DNA of 64,000 nt, from assembly GCA_963796275.1 (NCBI GenBank), contig CAWCKY010000006.1, positions 2,784,001-2,848,000 on the forward strand. The letters run 5' to 3'. The notes below the pieces were generated by a model. That model was not told where the DNA came from and made no database searches. It saw only the letters and a list, made by a program, of their open reading frames with translations. A program made the position numbers and the translations under genes. Positions within the stretch are counted from its first letter, which is position 1; each line of letters opens with the position of its first letter. Of the stretch, positions 51,429 to 61,024 are shown one piece after another. This DNA is from an uncultured Acidobacteriota bacterium. GTDB lineage: Bacteria > Acidobacteriota > Blastocatellia > RBC074.

Positions 51429-51901
51429 CGCTCGATCCTGTGCTCCTCAGGCTGAATGTCGACCTTCATTAAAGCCGCCGAGGAGCAACGCGGCAGCCGC
51501 CATTCCGGCGATTGTGCGAGGCGTTCGTCGTAGTCCTCACGAACTGTTACTGAGAATCCGAATTTCTTCTCGAAGAAATCCCTAGCGGTGGTCGTCAACA
51601 GTAGAGCTTCGCTGATGCCTTGCCGTGCAGCATCCTGAAGAATCGCCTCTGTCAGTCGAGTTCCGAGACCAGACCGCTGAAGCTCCGGTGTGACGGCTGC
51701 CGACCGCAGCAAGCCAAGTCTACCGTGCCGCTCGATCCCGGCGCAGCCGATCAGACGACCCTTATTGTCTCTGGCGATGAGGAAGCCACCGAGATGTTCG
51801 GCTACTCCGTCAGGAGGCAGATCGACGGTATTAAGCAGCGAAAGAATTTCCTCAAGGTCTGAAACTTCCGCCTTTGAGATCATGACTTGTGGTGATTCCA
51901 T
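51425..51901 (-). CDS. ArsN2-like GNAT N-acetyltransferase
   Basis: LP.DG, GLLRS.AV, G.G..L, LLTTTA..FF, C.SA..M. Confidence 0.8.
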   Translation of the reverse strand: MESPQVMISKAEVSDLEEILSLLNTVDLPPDGVAEHLGGFLIARDNKGRLIGCAGIERHGRLGLLRSAAVTPELQRSGLGTRLTEAILQDAARQGISEALLLTTTARDFFEKKFGFSVTVREDYDERLAQSPEWRLPRCSSAALMKVDIQPEEHRIER

Positions 51902-51979
51902 TACTGTACGCAGTTATCAAGCGATCTGTAAGCGCGCCAAGCCGCAGCATGCGGTTTCCCTCTCGAATGCGAAAGACGT

Positions 51980-53017
51980 TTACTTTAGTTTGTTGTCCAA
52001 CTCCAGACGTCGATGAGCCTGCATCAAGACACAGAGCATGAGGCGTCCGATGTCATCGCGTCGCTCAGCGTATTTCGCAGCCTCAAACTCAGCGCCGTCA
52101 TACTCCTTCGGGTCGGCGTATGGCGCCGAGATTCTTTTGACAGCTCCCTTAACAATCGGACATTCGGCGTCCGCTTGATTGCAAACCATAATGGCAGCAA
52201 AACCGCTCTGGGGATTATTAACGTCGGAGTAAATCTTCGAGAACTCCAAAGTCTCCAGTCCCGTTCCCCACCGGATTCGGTAGATCGGATTTGCTTCACC
52301 GGAACTCCCACGGGAAGCTTCCTTCCCTGATGGCTCCACCTCGACGCCGATCTCCTTGAGAGTCGCTACTGTCCTCGGGTTGAACGCGCTTGGCGTTGTG
52401 CCGCCGCTGTAGAAGTAAATGTCCGGCAGCCCGTAATAGGCTGCGGCGATGTTGCCCATCGTCGAGCCCAGGATGCTACGCCGAGAATTGCCAGTGCAGA
52501 CGACGATGACAGCCAGGGGCTTGCCGGGCTGGTAGTTCGTGCTGATCCAAGCTACCAACTCGTCCGCCGCCGCGCGGTGGCGCTCTTCGATCAGATCGAA
52601 CTGAGTGGTAAGCAGATCGGCCTGACGCCGGACCTTCAAGAACATATCTTCGCGGGAGCGTGGTGTTTTTTCATTTAACATGCGTTCCATCTCCGGCAGA
52701 GTGATGTAGTCATTGGCGCTTGCGAAGCTCTGGAAAACACGTTTCTCAAACACCTCGCTCACCAGATTCCAGGATAGTCCCGCCTTCTTGGCTCGTAGAG
52801 TTTCGCCCAAAGTGGTTTTGAGCTGGCGGTCTTTGCTCGGTGTCAGCGCATGTGGCTCCGCGTACAGGTGCGAAAACCATAAAGCCGTGACCAGCGGGTT
52901 GCCAGGCTTACCCGCTGGTTGAATTTTAACCGCCCGAGCCGGCATTTGTGTGGCGAGAATACAGAGCGTGACAGCGCCAGCTAAGATAATCCCTCGTCGA
53001 ATCATGCCGTTGGTCAC
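51980..53017 (-). CDS. LMW-PTP/arsenate-reductase-like protein with a long N-terminal extension and putative signal peptide
   Basis: VCTGNSRRS P-loop, SGGT..AFN, C..AD..CP...GA..R, DPK..D. Confidence 0.75.
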   Translation of the reverse strand: MTNGMIRRGIILAGAVTLCILATQMPARAVKIQPAGKPGNPLVTALWFSHLYAEPHALTPSKDRQLKTTLGETLRAKKAGLSWNLVSEVFEKRVFQSFASANDYITLPEMERMLNEKTPRSREDMFLKVRRQADLLTTQFDLIEERHRAAADELVAWISTNYQPGKPLAVIVVCTGNSRRSILGSTMGNIAAAYYGLPDIYFYSGGTTPSAFNPRTVATLKEIGVEVEPSGKEASRGSSGEANPIYRIRWGTGLETLEFSKIYSDVNNPQSGFAAIMVCNQADAECPIVKGAVKRISAPYADPKEYDGAEFEAAKYAERRDDIGRLMLCVLMQAHRRLELDNKLK

Positions 53018-53130
53018 TCAAAATAAACAGGATCGATTGCCGCCTAACTTCAGATAGGCCGCCACCACCTGGATTCCCGGAATGATTTCGACTCCGCGTC
53101 TCCGAAGCTTAAATCATTCCGGAATATTGT

Positions 53131-53607
53131 TTAACTCTTCGTGATACCGACGAAGCCTGGTATCGATGCGCCACAGCACTCGCCGATTGCCGCCCCGCTT
53201 TCCTCGGGCAGGTTGTCTTCCAGGACGACGAACACCTCCCACTCATTGCCATCAGGATCGGTGACCCAAGTCTTGTCCTGAATCGCGTAACAGCAGTTGG
53301 TTTGCATCTCGTCGCGGGTATCGAGTCCCGCTATCGCCCATTGCTCCCGCATTGCAAGGACGTCATCGGTCGAAGCAACCTGAATCCCCATGTGGGAGAG
53401 TGCGCCGCGTTCGTTGAAAGATATTTCATTCAGGGCGAGGTTGAGTGGCGGGTTTTGCACATCAAACTTGGCGTAACCCGTCCTGACCTTGCTCGGCTCA
53501 ATCCCCAGCATCTTTTTGTAAAACTCCACGCTTTGCTCGACGTTACGGACGTTGAGAGCGACATGAGCCTTGATCGTCTGCACAGTTCTGGTATTTTTAG
53601 CGTTCAC
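53131..53607 (-). CDS. ArsI/CadI-family VOC metalloenzyme
   Basis: HVALNV, GYAKF...PPLN, SHMGIQV, CCYA.QDK.W..DPDGNEWE. Confidence 0.88.
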   Translation of the reverse strand: MNAKNTRTVQTIKAHVALNVRNVEQSVEFYKKMLGIEPSKVRTGYAKFDVQNPPLNLALNEISFNERGALSHMGIQVASTDDVLAMREQWAIAGLDTRDEMQTNCCYAIQDKTWVTDPDGNEWEVFVVLEDNLPEESGAAIGECCGASIPGFVGITKS

Positions 53608-53665
53608 CTTTGTCTCCTTCTACGCTCTGATTATCGAGCGTGTCTTCAGACTAGCAGTGAAAAAT

Positions 53666-53685
53666 ATATGCGTCAAGGCGAATAT
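53666..53685. promoter_or_regulatory. Probable ArsR operator
   Basis: ATATGCG-TCAAGG-CGAATAT inverted repeat between divergent arsI and arsR. Confidence 0.6.
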
Positions 53686-53710
53686 GTTTTAGTGATATCA
53701 TGATTGTGTT

Positions 53711-54110
53711 ATGAGCCGAGCAAATAAGAGTTTCGACCTCGAAAAATTCTTCGTCGCGCTTTCCGACCGCAATCGCCTACGCTTGATTAACCTGATGGGG
53801 GACGATGAGGTCTGTGTGTGCTTCTTCAGCGAAATTCTGAAGATGCCGCAGCCGAGGGTCTCGCGGCATCTCGCCTACCTGCGCCATGCCGGGAATAGTG
53901 GTGGCCCGTCGGGAAGGGAAATGGATGCACTACCGCCTCATTCCTCCGACCGACGAACATGCTTCGCATATCCTTCAAAACGTGCGCGAATATCTTTCGG
54001 GTAATCGAGAGATGCAGCAGGATCGGGCGCGCCTGATCAATATCTGCTGCGCGCCGTCGCTTCCGGTGCAGTTGCAAGGCGCGCCACTCCCCGCAAGTTT
54101 ACAGGTCTGA
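53711..54110 (+). CDS. arsR: Arsenic-responsive ArsR, frameshifted near 53890
   Basis: EVCVC, QPRVSRHLAYLR, then GIVVARREGKWMHY and a C-terminal CC in the next frame. Confidence 0.8.
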
Positions 54111-54194
54111 GCGGACATTAGTTTCGGCGTGAAAAACCGGCCGCCGGGTGGTCAGAGAAATCGAGGTTGAAGAAATTGTTGGATCAAATCTGAC

Positions 54195-54718
54195 ATGAAA
54201 TATCACACCAGTTTACTGAGCTTTATCCGGCGCCGCGTCGATGTCGCTGATCTTGCCGAGGACATCCTTCAAGACGTTTTCATCAAGGCCCATTCAAGGT
54301 TGGACACGCTGGCGCATGCGGATCGGGTGCAGAGCTGGATTTACCAGATCGCGCGCAACACGATCATTGATTATTACCGCACCCGTAAAAGCACCGAGCC
54401 GCTTCCCGATGAAATTCCGGAGCGGCTGGAACAAGGAGATCAGGGATGGCGGGAGTTGGAAAATGCGTGGCGCCAATGATCGAGATGCTTCCCACAGGCT
54501 ACCGAGATGCGCTAATGCTCTCCGAGGTCGATGGCCTGCCCCTCAAGGAGGTGGCAGAGCGGCTGAACCTCTCACTGCCCGGCGCGAAATCGCGTGTTCA
54601 GCGGGGTCGAGAGAAGCTTAAAAAAGTATTTCTGGATTGCTGTCATTTCGAGTTCGATTGTCGCGGGAAGCCGATCGACTGGTCTCCAAAAAATGGTTGC
54701 AAAAGCATCTCCTGCTAA
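54195..54718 (+). CDS. SigZ-like ECF sigma factor, frameshifted near 54460
   Basis: AEDILQDVFIK, WIYQIARN..ID.YR, then LP..YR.AL, GAKSRVQRGR, CC. Confidence 0.8.
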
Positions 54719-54811
54719 ATTTGTTTCTTCAGCCTTGCATCTTTTCACTATCTCTTTCGTCTCTCCGGTTGGCGGGCGATTAATCCCGTTAATATCGAGG
54801 TACGAAGGGAA

Positions 54812-55577
54812 ATGAATATGAATGTTTTGTTTCGCTCGGCAATGTTTCTTTGTCTATTGACGCCTCTCTTCCTGGCGCAGGATCCGCTGAGGCTTACAAG
54901 CTCGAATTCGAGAACGAGTGGGTGAGAGTAATGCGTGACTACTACGGCCCGCGCGAGAAAACCCCGGCACACGACCACACTCAGCTTGCGGCCGCCTACA
55001 TCTATCTGAACGACGGCGGCCCGTCATTTTCAAGCACATCGGTCTGGACTATGGCCCCGTAACCAGACCAGCGACGAAAGCCGGGAGCTTTCGTATTTAC
55101 AAGGCCATTAAAGAAGTTCATGAGGTCGAAAATACATCAGACCTGCCGAGTGATTTTCTGAGGGTTGAATTCAAGACCAGGATCGTTGACGAGAAGACCT
55201 TATGCGGCCGTTTCCATCGTGAGACCTGGCCTGCCGACGAAAATTTCGAGAAGACACAGTTTGAGGATGAGCAGATTCGTGTCAGACGATTGGTCTGCAA
55301 CCCAGGTAAAAAGCTCGAAGTTCCTGCGGGCGCGTCGTGGCCTGCGCTGCTGGTTGCGTTATCCACGGCGCGTCTTAATATGGCCGGCCAAGGAGGCAAT
55401 ATCTCAAGATTGAGCCTTGAACTTGGACAGACAGGTTGGCAGCCAGCTAGCCAGCGGATGCAACTGGACACTCTGGGTAGCGCGCCAGCCGAGTTGCTCC
55501 AGTTTGAGTTCAAGACTGAGCCCGTCGGTCGTCAGGGTGGAAAGTCAAAAGCGCACGATCTCCGCACAATTAGGTAA
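54812..55577 (+). pseudogene. Secreted cupin-like hypothetical protein with frameshifts
   Basis: Signal-like N-terminus, AQDP, FENEWVRV..Y.P.EK.P.HDH, HEVEN...FLRVEFK, in different frames. Confidence 0.5.
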
Positions 55578-55675
55578 GGACAGCCGTGCTTACCAGTTCA
55601 CCCCATAACATCAACGAGGAAACACGCATACTTCATCATCAATCTAGTTATGGAGACAATAGAAAGAAGGTGATT

Positions 55676-55830
55676 ATGTCAGAATTGATTATCGATGCAG
55701 TACGTTCAAGGTATGGGGCTATCGCGAAGAGCGGCCTCTCGAGGGATCACGACAAGGTGCGAGCCGTGGCTGAAGCGTTTGGTTATGCACCAGAAGAACT
55801 GGCCTCTATTCCGACTGAAGCGAACATGGC
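55676..55830 (+). pseudogene. 5' stub of an ArsM-like arsenite methyltransferase
   Basis: [10 protein letters not shown]...FGY..EEL.SIP.EANM, broken just before the expected GLSCGNP. Confidence 0.7.
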
Positions 55831-55975
55831 ACTACCTTTCGCCGGATCACAAGCGGAGCGCCACCGAACTGCCGCTGCAATAGCCCATAGCTGATGATGA
55901 CAATGCCGTTCTTTTCCGAAGCGTTTTCTGTCGTGAAATCGCGACCCAACAGCGGTTTGATACCGAGCGTCCGAT
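55831..55975 (-). pseudogene. Fragment of an ADOP/MacB-type ABC permease
   Basis: LGIKPLLGRDF...VIISYGL.QRQFGG. Confidence 0.65.
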
Positions 55976-56021
55976 TGCCCCACTCATGTGACTGCAAACC
56001 GCTGTAGGAGCGCGATGCCCT

Positions 56022-59015
56022 TTATGGCGCCGGTGTCACAAAGCGAATAGTGTAGCGCACGGAGTTAGTTTCATTTCTATCCCACAGGATGAGCGTGGCC
56101 TTGCCGTTCACGGAAGCCGCGTCGAGAACCCGGGAGCGGAAACGGTGATCATGAGGCCGGACATCGGGGACTTCGGTCGTTCCCGCCGGCAATGTGACGG
56201 TGTATTCAAATACGTTGGGCAAGAAGGTCTCGAGCAAACGGTTATTGATCATGATCCCTTTCACCACCGGCAGGTCCGTTTCGAGGCGAGCCTCGTCGAG
56301 CGCGCCGCCGCCGACCGGCGTGCGCTCGATACGCTGCACGGCGATCGGTCCGAGGCGATCGGTGAGCTGTTGCAGATAGAGGCTGCGCGGTTCAAGGTGT
56401 TGGCCGAGCGATTCAATCCAGCCGTCGGGCCGCGGCCGCGGATCCGTGGCGTTCGGCACAAAACCGGGGACTTTGCTGCCTACGTGGCCGAACGAGTAGT
56501 TTTGCGCGGTTGGGGGTTGTTGCACGGTAATGATCCCGTTTGAATTCCATGTTACATAGTTCGCGCCCGACCAGCCGTGGCCGGTGCCGAACCATGCGCG
56601 ATCCTGGATGGCGATGCCCGCCGTTATGTTGTCGTACAGCCCGCCAACCGACCAACGATGATGTGGCTCGCTGGTGGCGAATTCATTGATCGAGTCGCTG
56701 TCGAGGAAGACGTTCACGCCCGGGACGCGGGAATCAACCACATAGGCGTGACGCGCCGTTTCCGCATGATTGCGCTGAACGAGCGTCAATTGCCCCGCGA
56801 GTTTGAAGTTATAACGACGTTCGCCAGTGATCAGGCTGACCATATCGATGGCCGCGCTGTCCTGGATCGTCACCCATTTGGCCTGGCTGCTTACATTGAC
56901 CAGCGCATGCTCCAGATGCAAGGTCGTGACCTCGCGGACCCAGGCGTTTTTGACATTGTTGATCGCGGCGAAGATTCGGGCGTGGTCTTCGTCGGCGAAA
57001 TAGGTAACGCCGGCGTTGACCGCAGTCACGGCCGGATTGAATTGGACATCGACGCGCAACTGCTCGACGCCGACCTGCTCGATGCGGTCCGGATCGTCAT
57101 AGCGAATGATTTCGCCGCCTCCCCAGCGCTGCTCGATGGCGTTCGGAATCGGGGCGTCAAGCGTGATCAGATTTCCGTCGATGGAGGTGATGACGCGATC
57201 GAAATCGAGATTGAAGGGCTCGAACTGGACAATATCCGGCGTCACCCGCACGATCTGATCCATCAGGATCGCATGGATCCAGCGATCATTGCCGACGCGA
57301 CGGACCACGACCGAATCGCCCACCGAGAAACCATTCGCGCCGCTCACGTGTAATTGGTGCGTTCCGGATGGCGCGTACAGATCGGTGATCGGCTTGCGCA
57401 GCGGTAGTAAGGTCCTGCCGCCCGAACCGCGAATTTCCAGAACATTCCGCTTGGCCGTGCCCGTAGCGAACAGGACCGTTCCATCCTCGCCTTGTCCTTC
57501 GCCGCGCAGGACCACGCCGCTTGCGCGAATCACGAGCGTCGTCCCCACTTCATAGCGGCCTTGTTTGAGCAGAACGGCGCCGCGAATGCCTTCGGCGTTC
57601 TGTGGCATCGCGGAAACCTGGTCGATGGCCGCCTGGATGCGGGCGCTGTTGTCTCCATCGGCCGGCTCGAGCACGACGCGCGCCTGCACGTTTGGCAGCG
57701 CAACCCCGCCGCCGCCATAGCCGGCGTTCGAGAAATCGAGCGGCCGATTGCCCTTGTAATCCGGCGCATACCCCAGCTTCCCGCTCGAGCCCATAAACAC
57801 TACACTGCTTTGCCCGGCCGGCGGCTGGCCGCTGGCCGTGACGCTAAATGTGAACATGTCATAGGCGATCGGTTGTCCCGGCCGAATCAGCGCCAGGTTA
57901 AGCCTGTACAGGCCCGGCTGACGCGCCATCCCACGCAGCGGAATCGTCGCCGGAACGCCGGGCAGCAGGATCGATGCGGTCAGATCGACTACGCCTTGCC
58001 AGACGGGATTCTCAAAGTCCGAAGGGGCAGACCGCGTGAGTGTGCCGATCAGCACGCAGACGGAATAAGAGGTCGCCTTCAAGGAAGGATAGGCCGCGCC
58101 GACCGGAATCACGGCCGGCCGGCCGATCGCCGTTTCCATCGTTGGGTGCGACAGCGTGAGCTCCGCAACGATCTGGGCCGGATCATAACTGTCGATCCAG
58201 ACCGTGGTATCACGGCCGACGCCGTCCAGGGTCGCAGCGACCGTGATCAGGGCGACGCCCTGTTGCAGGGCCGCGATCGATACGTTGTTCCCCGTAGTCG
58301 TCGGCGAGATGATTGTCGGTTTGGGGCTCGTCGCCGTAACCGTCGCGTTTTCCAGCGTCACGTCCTGGCCGTTTGTGAGCCGACCGCGCAATGTCAGCGG
58401 GACCGAAGCCCCTTTGGCGACCGTAAAGGTCTCGGCCGGCGCGAGCGTGCGCCCGTCGCCCGCAACTAGAAACACGCGCGAAAGCGAGGGCGTCGAGGAA
58501 TAAAGCTCAAATTCGTTTAATTGGAAATTGGCCGTTGGAACGCTGAGTACAAATTCCAACCGTACATAACGCGCGATGACGTCCGCGAAAGAGGTTCGGT
58601 CGATTTGATCGAACGTCTGGTCCGGTCTGAATTTCGAGAATACTGGCTGCCAGGTTGCATTGTCGTCCGAGCGAAGAACGCGGAAGCCGTTGACGCTTCC
58701 CAGATTGGTGCGGAAATTCAAAACGATTTCATTGAAGGGGGTTGCGCCCCCTAGATCGACGCCGATCCAAACCATGGCGTCGTCCGAGCGATCCGCCGCC
58801 AGCGGCTGCCAGAACGTGGCGACATTGCCGTCCACGGCGCTGGTCGCGCGGCCGGCCGTGATGTCCGAACTTCTCAGGACGGCTCGTCCCAGCGCGAGAT
58901 TGCCGGACTGCGCAAGCGCCTGCAGCGCGGCCAAATGGACGACCAAGAGCGCGGCGATGATGGGGATTGGAGACCAGGCTCCGTTAAGGGCGCGTTGAGT
59001 TATGTGTTTAGTCAT
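56022..59015 (-). CDS. Large secreted carbohydrate-active protein: F5/8 (CBM32-like) domain, Ig-like region, pectin-lyase-like beta-helix
   Basis: NLALG...AVDG...W...W..VDLG...ARYVRL, DFS.AGY.GG, IQAAID, SGVVLRGEG, PHHRW..G.LYDN, GHGW.GAN. AGGAGG RBS. Confidence 0.8.
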   Translation of the reverse strand: MTKHITQRALNGAWSPIPIIAALLVVHLAALQALAQSGNLALGRAVLRSSDITAGRATSAVDGNVATFWQPLAADRSDDAMVWIGVDLGGATPFNEIVLNFRTNLGSVNGFRVLRSDDNATWQPVFSKFRPDQTFDQIDRTSFADVIARYVRLEFVLSVPTANFQLNEFELYSSTPSLSRVFLVAGDGRTLAPAETFTVAKGASVPLTLRGRLTNGQDVTLENATVTATSPKPTIISPTTTGNNVSIAALQQGVALITVAATLDGVGRDTTVWIDSYDPAQIVAELTLSHPTMETAIGRPAVIPVGAAYPSLKATSYSVCVLIGTLTRSAPSDFENPVWQGVVDLTASILLPGVPATIPLRGMARQPGLYRLNLALIRPGQPIAYDMFTFSVTASGQPPAGQSSVVFMGSSGKLGYAPDYKGNRPLDFSNAGYGGGGVALPNVQARVVLEPADGDNSARIQAAIDQVSAMPQNAEGIRGAVLLKQGRYEVGTTLVIRASGVVLRGEGQGEDGTVLFATGTAKRNVLEIRGSGGRTLLPLRKPITDLYAPSGTHQLHVSGANGFSVGDSVVVRRVGNDRWIHAILMDQIVRVTPDIVQFEPFNLDFDRVITSIDGNLITLDAPIPNAIEQRWGGGEIIRYDDPDRIEQVGVEQLRVDVQFNPAVTAVNAGVTYFADEDHARIFAAINNVKNAWVREVTTLHLEHALVNVSSQAKWVTIQDSAAIDMVSLITGERRYNFKLAGQLTLVQRNHAETARHAYVVDSRVPGVNVFLDSDSINEFATSEPHHRWSVGGLYDNITAGIAIQDRAWFGTGHGWSGANYVTWNSNGIITVQQPPTAQNYSFGHVGSKVPGFVPNATDPRPRPDGWIESLGQHLEPRSLYLQQLTDRLGPIAVQRIERTPVGGGALDEARLETDLPVVKGIMINNRLLETFLPNVFEYTVTLPAGTTEVPDVRPHDHRFRSRVLDAASVNGKATLILWDRNETNSVRYTIRFVTPAP

Positions 59016-59439
59016 GTGGAACCTCCTGAATGGCCTGTTTTGCAGACGCATGCGCCGTTCGTCTCACGGCTCTCGTAATGGCCTCCCAATTATTTACACT
59101 GAGGCAGGCAAGATTGATCCAATAAGACAAAGAACCGAAACCAGGCGCCACGTAAGCAAGAGAGCCTTAATATCTATCTTGGATTCGAATTTATATCTGC
59201 TGTCCGCAAGCAAAGAAACCCATACTTATGACGTATGCAGACCGAAGAGCGCCAGTTCGGGCTTCGCGCGCTCGATCAATTCAACCGCTTCCGCTTGTCA
59301 CAAGGACACCGATGAGAAGCGAATAGTGGACGCCGTGTGATTGGCCATATATTAACGACGTTACTCTGTCGGGCCTGGATCAGACCCAGGACACTTCACC
59401 GCGGCAAGATCGCCTGCTCTATATTGAAGATGCTTCAAT

Positions 59440-59600
59440 TGCCGCGTTTTGTTTGACGGGTGAAGAATTTTTTCGGGGGATCTTCGACGGTGTGACGCCT
59501 GGATCGTTGCTGGCGCACTGCGGCATGGGAATCTGCCTGACGCTGGCGCGCCACCTGGTCGAGATGCAGGCGGCAAAATTGAGGCCCACAGCGCAAAGGA
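59440..59600 (+). pseudogene. Possible histidine-kinase ATPase-domain remnant
   Basis: GMGICLTLARHLVEMQ-GGKIEAHS resembles a G2 box. Confidence 0.4.
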
Positions 59601-59771
59601 TTCCTTCAATCTCGGAATGCAATCCACGATGTGGCTTCGGGAAGCCGCTTGCCAGGCATTTCAATTATCAAACCCGCTTCTTGAAGGAATACTGTTTTTC
59701 TTAGCCTGTTCCCTTGCCCGTCGTGAGCTTCGGTGGGCCAGGACGACAATGGGCGCCAGCCCACCGAAAGC

Positions 59772-60644
59772 TCACAGCCAATCCGCCGAAGACTCACAGA
59801 TGATATATCTGCAGGCGACCGGCCACGTCGCATGGAACGCTTTCATCGAAGTAAACCGTTCTTTACGCTCAGGTTGGCAGGCTCTGATCATGACTTCGTA
59901 GAGAGACCTACCGCCACGAAAGGGAGTGGGTTCCAAAGTCCCGTCCGACAAAAATACGGATATGACACGACCCATCGTAAAGACAGTCGTGACCTCCTCG
60001 ATTATCGCGCCAAGTTCGAACTCCTCAGGCGCCATGAATCGAGTCGATCCGAACATCCGCCCCATCTCGTTAGTGAAAGGCCGGTCGCGATAATTATCCA
60101 GGTCAATCAAGCGCATGGACTGCGTTGCAAAGTCATAGATCATCGCGCCGTCGTAGAAGTCCACCGCCACCCAGCCCAACTCCGCAGCAGATCGATGAAA
60201 GTCGAAGACGACATTCAGACCAGTGAGCAAGTCGGAAAAGGGAAGAGCCCGAAATCGCTGAAATGGTGATGCCGGATCGGCTCGCCGCGAGCGTTCTACA
60301 CCGAAGAGTTCTCCCGGGACCCACTCATAGACCAACATCGGACCATGCGGTGACTCGATGACATTAATCAACTTCGGGAGGCTGTGGTGGTCGACACGCC
60401 GGCGAAATGAGACGGCATTTCTGAGCAGCGCCACTCGCTGTTCGTGTGAGAGATGAGCTTTAGAATTCTCCGGCATTCCGGCCGTCTTCACGAAGAATCG
60501 TTTGTCATCGGCCAGCACCCCGTAAGAGATATTGCCTGAATCTTGGGTCCGTTCGTCAAATACTGCAAATACCTGTCCGGTAGATTGGAGAAAGTCGTCC
60601 GGGGACTGAGCGATCATTTGAGCCTCTATCAGAAAGTGATCCAT
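59772..60644 (-). CDS. Small Ser/Thr protein kinase-like protein
   Basis: FVK, LVYEWV.GE, VAVDFYDG, LIDLD.Y, GSTRFMAPEE, C.P...R. Confidence 0.8.
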   Translation of the reverse strand: MDHFLIEAQMIAQSPDDFLQSTGQVFAVFDERTQDSGNISYGVLADDKRFFVKTAGMPENSKAHLSHEQRVALLRNAVSFRRRVDHHSLPKLINVIESPHGPMLVYEWVPGELFGVERSRRADPASPFQRFRALPFSDLLTGLNVVFDFHRSAAELGWVAVDFYDGAMIYDFATQSMRLIDLDNYRDRPFTNEMGRMFGSTRFMAPEEFELGAIIEEVTTVFTMGRVISVFLSDGTLEPTPFRGGRSLYEVMIRACQPERKERFTSMKAFHATWPVACRYIICESSADWL

Positions 60645-60752
60645 TGGGACGACTGCTGACTGAGCCGGATTACTGTGGAAAAGACCAATGCGGTATAGCT
60701 AATTCGAAAATATTTTTTCGGGGCGAATGTGGAACTCAATGTGGAACACAAT

Positions 60753-60781
60753 GAAAACGGGCACCTTGTTGGTGCCCGTAA
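60753..60781 (-). terminator. Intrinsic terminator-like hairpin downstream of the tRNA fragment
   Basis: Minus strand ACGGGCACC-AACAA-GGTGCCCGT-TTTCA. Confidence 0.6.
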
Positions 60782-60797
60782 ACTATTGATTCTAAAA

Positions 60798-60855
60798 GTC
60801 GGGACGGCGGGATTCGAACCCACAGCCTCTTGCACCCCAAAAAAGTGCGCTACCA
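60798..60855 (-). other. 3' fragment of tRNA-Pro (att core), not a functional tRNA
   Basis: TGGTAGCGCAC...TGGGGTGCAAG...GGTTCGAATCCCGCCGTCCCGAC. The 5' acceptor strand is missing and the anticodon stem is mismatched. Confidence 0.8.
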
Positions 60856-61024
60856 TTTCCGGCCTTTTCCTGAATTGTCTCAGCTAGTCAAACCCCTATC
60901 AATACTTGTATTTAACATTTTCGGTGTTATCATCGGTTGCCCCACATGTTCGATCCAATGTGTAACACCAATGTGTAACACCTAGCTGAGGCAATAAACA
61001 AGGGTATTTCAGGAGCGGAAAGCA

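Noticed and set aside
60798-60870. Functional tRNA-Pro gene
   Set aside because: The 5' acceptor strand is absent and the anticodon stem is broken. It is treated as an att fragment.
60720-60990. CRISPR-like repeats
   Set aside because: They are 12-13 nt adjacent pairs without spacers. No CRISPR array or cas gene was seen anywhere in the window.
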